Source of the DNA: Macrostomum lignano
Lineage: Eukaryota
Length of the DNA stretch: 64,000 bases
Direction of reading: 5' to 3'
Assembly (NCBI GenBank): GCA_002269645.1
Contig: NIVC01001724.1
Span: forward strand, 1 to 64,000
Below the pieces are notes generated by a model, which was not told the DNA's origin, did not search any database, and was given only the letters and a program-made list of their open reading frames with translations. Position numbers and translations under genes: made by a program. Every line of letters starts with the position of its first letter. Position 1 is the stretch's first letter. This document shows, one piece after another, positions 61,001 to 64,000 of this stretch.

Positions 61001-62575
61001 TCTCCCACTCTTTTCTCACCCTCTCTCCCACTCTTTACTCACCCTCTCTCCCACTCTTTTCCCACCCTCTCTCCCACTCTTTACTCACCCTCTCTCCCAC
61101 TCTTTACTCACCCTCTCTCTCACTCTTTTCCCACCCTCTCTCCCACTCTTTACTCACCCTCTCTCCCATTCTTTTCCCACCTCTCTCCCATTCTTTTCCC
61201 ACCCACTCCCACTCTTTTCCCACCCTCTCTCCCACTCTTTACTCACCCTCTCTCCCACTCTTTACTCACCCTCTCTCCCACTCATTACTCACCCTCTATC
61301 CCACTCTTTACTCACCCTCTCTCCCTCTCTCCCACTCTTTACTCACCCTCTCTCCCACTCTTTTCCCATCCTCTCTCCCACTCTTTTCCCACCCTCTCTC
61401 CCACTCTTTTCTCACCTTCTAAAACTCTTTTCCCACCCTCTCTCCCACTCTTTTCCCACCCTCTCTCCCACTCTTTTCCCACCCTCTCTCCCACTCTTTT
61501 CCCACCCTCTCTCCCACTCTTTTCCCATCCTCTCCCACTCTTTTCCCACCCTCTCTCCCACTCTTTTCCCATCCTCTCCCACTCTTTTCCCACCCTCTCT
61601 CCCACTCTTTTCCCATCCTCTCCCACTCTTTTCCCACCCTCTCTCCCACTCTTTTCCCATCCTCTCCCACTCTTTTCCCACCCTCTCTCCCACTCTTTTC
61701 CCATCCTCTCCCACTCTTTTCCCACCCTCTCTCCCACTCTTTTCCCACCCTCGCTCCCACTTTTTTCCCACCCTTGCTCCCACTCTTTTTCCCACCTTCT
61801 AAAACTCTTTTCCCACCCTCTCCCACTCTTCCCACCCTCTCTCCCACTCTTTTCCCACCCTCTCTCCCACTCTTTTCTCACCTTCTAAAACTCTTTTCAC
61901 ACCCTCGCTTCCACTCTTTTCCCACCCTCTCTCCCACTCTTTTCCAACCCTCTCTCCCACTCTTTTCTCACCTTCTAAAACTCTTTTCCCACCCTCTCTC
62001 CCACTCTTTTCTCACCTTCTAAAACTCTTTTCCCACCCTCTCTCCCACTCTTTTCTCACCTTCTAAATCTCTTTTCCCACCCTCTCTCCCACTCTTTTCC
62101 CACCCTCTCTCCCACTCTTTTCCCACCCTCTCTCCCACTCTTTTCCCACCCTCTCTCCCACTCTTTTCCCACCCTCTCTCCAACTCTTTTCCCACCCTCG
62201 CTCCCACTCTTTTCCCACCCTTGCTCCCACTCTTTTTCCCACCTTCTAAAACTCTTTTCCCACCCTCTCCCACTCTTCCCACCCTCTCTTCCACTCTTTT
62301 CCTACCCTCGCTCCCACTCTTTTCCCACCCTCGCTCCCACTCTTTTTCCCACCTTCTAAAACTCTTTTCCCACCCTCTCCCACTCTTCCCACCCTCTCTC
62401 CCACTCTTTTCCCACCTTCTAAAACTCTTTTCCCACCCTCTCCCACTCTTCCCACCCTCTCTCCCACTCTTTTCCCACCCTCTCTCCCACTCTTTTCTCA
62501 CCTTCTAAAACTCTTGGCCCACCCTCTTCCACTCTTCCCACCCTCTCTCCCACTCTTTTTCCCACTCTTTCCGTT
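58025..62575. repeat. ~4.5-kb G-free polypyrimidine-rich satellite (CCACTCTTTTCCCACCCTCT[CT])
   Basis: Directly visible 20/22-bp units, with almost no G on the + strand. Confidence 0.98.
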
Positions 62576-62650
62576 CCTCTAAGTAATTCAAGACTTGCCA
62601 ATTTTTTTAAAGTTGAAGCATTTATTTCAGTGTTATTTCTTTTACTACAG

Positions 62651-63316
62651 GCGGAGACGACCGCTGCGCCACCTTCGAGCGACATGGCCAGCAATCAAAG
62701 CAATGACAAAAGTGTCGATAAAACTGAAACACCTCCTGCTAATCGCGAGGAGTTGGTTCACGTCTTTTCGGCTCAGCAGCGACCTCTGACGCCAACACAA
62801 CCGCGGTCGCCACCGACGCCGCCACGGCCGCAGTCGCCGCCTCCACCGCGGTCGCCACCGACGCCGCCACGGCCGCAGTCGCCGCCTCCACCGCGGTCGC
62901 CACCGACTCCGCCGCTGCCTCCAGCGAGTGCAATTGAAGTTCACCATCAGGCCATCGCACCACAGCTGCTGCAGCGGCACGTGTTTAGCGTACCACCACC
63001 CCAGATGGTTCCGGGATTCGGCAACTGGGTCCCGATCCCGACGCTTTTGGCTCGGCCACCGCCGCCGCAACCGCAGATGCTGCCCTGGCAGCAGCAGCCG
63101 CTCCTTCCAAGCTTCGGCCCTCAATATCCGCAACCCGGGTCGAGTTTTGCTCCGCCAGGCTGTTGCTATCCAACACCGCCACCTCCGCCTCCGCCGGAGT
63201 ATAAAAGGGAATCCAGCAGAAAGCGCAAACTGCAGCAGCCTCCAAAATGCGGCAATAAAAATGCAACCAAGCCAAAAGAGCGTTGCAAGTTCTACATGGA
63301 AGGCAGGTGCAACAAG
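62651..63316 (+). CDS. Exon of a proline-rich CCCH zinc-finger protein (ZC3H4/6/8-like finger begins at the exon end); first ATG 62684
   Basis: TTTTTACTACAG acceptor at 62650 and AAG|GTAAAT donor at 63316. Contains SP/TP-rich repeats, an NLS-like RKRK and ERCKFYMEGRCNK. Confidence 0.6.
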
Positions 63317-63358
63317 GTAAATTACAGTAGATCAAGTTTATCTTAATTTAGTATTGTA

Positions 63359-64000
63359 CAAGGTGGATCCATTGAAACGTCACACTTTCGTTTTTCGGTT
63401 TTGGGCATATAAAAGCCAAGCGCATAGGGTTTTGCTCTCATATCTATGTGTGACCTCTGTGCAAAGTTTTACAGTAATCCAACTATTACTATGTCTGCAT
63501 ATGAGGAGATCCGTCAAAGATCATTGAAAAACTTCAAGCGGGAGAGCCTCCTACATCAATTGCTCGACATCTTGGAATTTCGAGGAACCGAGTTTATCGA
63601 AGCAAGCGACTTTTTGCGGCAACTGGCAGTGTTAAGGCACGTCACGGAGGTGGGCGCAGCCGCACTGCTCGCACTAAGAATGTCATCAAAGCTGTCAAAA
63701 TGCGCATCCGTAGGAACCCGAGACGAAGTGCTCGACAGCTGGCTCGGGACTTCGGAATGGCACACAAGACAATGAACCAGCTGCTCAAGGATGATGTCGG
63801 AGTGAAGAACAGAGCAGTAGTTTGTCGGCATTTCTTGTCAGAAGCCCAGAAGTTTACTAGAAAGATGCGAGGTAAGCAACTGCTCAGCTGGCTGAAGTCG
63901 CATTCACATCTGGTGCACGTCTTCTCAGATGAAAATTTTTTTCTGTCAATGCAGCTGCCCATAGAAGAAATGACCGATACTTGGTACCTGGCTGTGTAAA
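63359..64000 (+). mobile_element. Tc1/mariner (maT/DD37D-like) element, frameshifted, truncated by the window end
   Basis: TA|CAAGGTGGATCC… start. Transposase PTSIARHLGISRNRVYR…GGGRSRTART…RIRRNPRRSARQLA…VFSDE.FFSVNAAAHRRNDRYL. Inserted ~40 bp into the intron after the CCCH exon. Confidence 0.85.

Noticed and set aside
58004-61888. 1294-aa ORF and its antisense ORFs
   Set aside because: Product of a G-free simple repeat in which stop codons are compositionally rare; no coding signal.

Overview
Eukaryotic (metazoan) genomic DNA with GT-AG introns. It contains no prokaryotic features, rRNA, clear tRNA or CRISPR array. GC-rich exons, minisatellite-filled introns and splice acceptors just ahead of start codons resemble a Macrostomum-type flatworm genome (inference only). 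Exon chains assembled by hand give APMAP (+), PIF1 (+, one apparent frameshift), SPMAP1/C17orf98 (+), intronless ABI (-), RPL7-like (-) and YIPF6 (-). There is also a tentative 8-exon type-I membrane receptor with a SEFIR/TIR-like tail (+, 37008-53448) and a Pro-rich CCCH-finger exon (+). Roughly half the window is tandem repeat, mostly one distinct minisatellite per long intron. Mobile DNA comprises a decayed mariner with TIRs, a THAP/P-element relic, a maT-like Tc1/mariner cut by the window end, and the standout feature: an 8.2-kb foldback-type element (40784-48950). That element has two inverted arrays of a 161-bp unit, each unit carrying a canonical G-quadruplex motif. The same variant terminal unit occurs at both ends, and the 1-kb core reads as a decayed DDE/SWIM transposase. 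Repeat boundaries and copy numbers are approximate hand counts, and no database searches were run.
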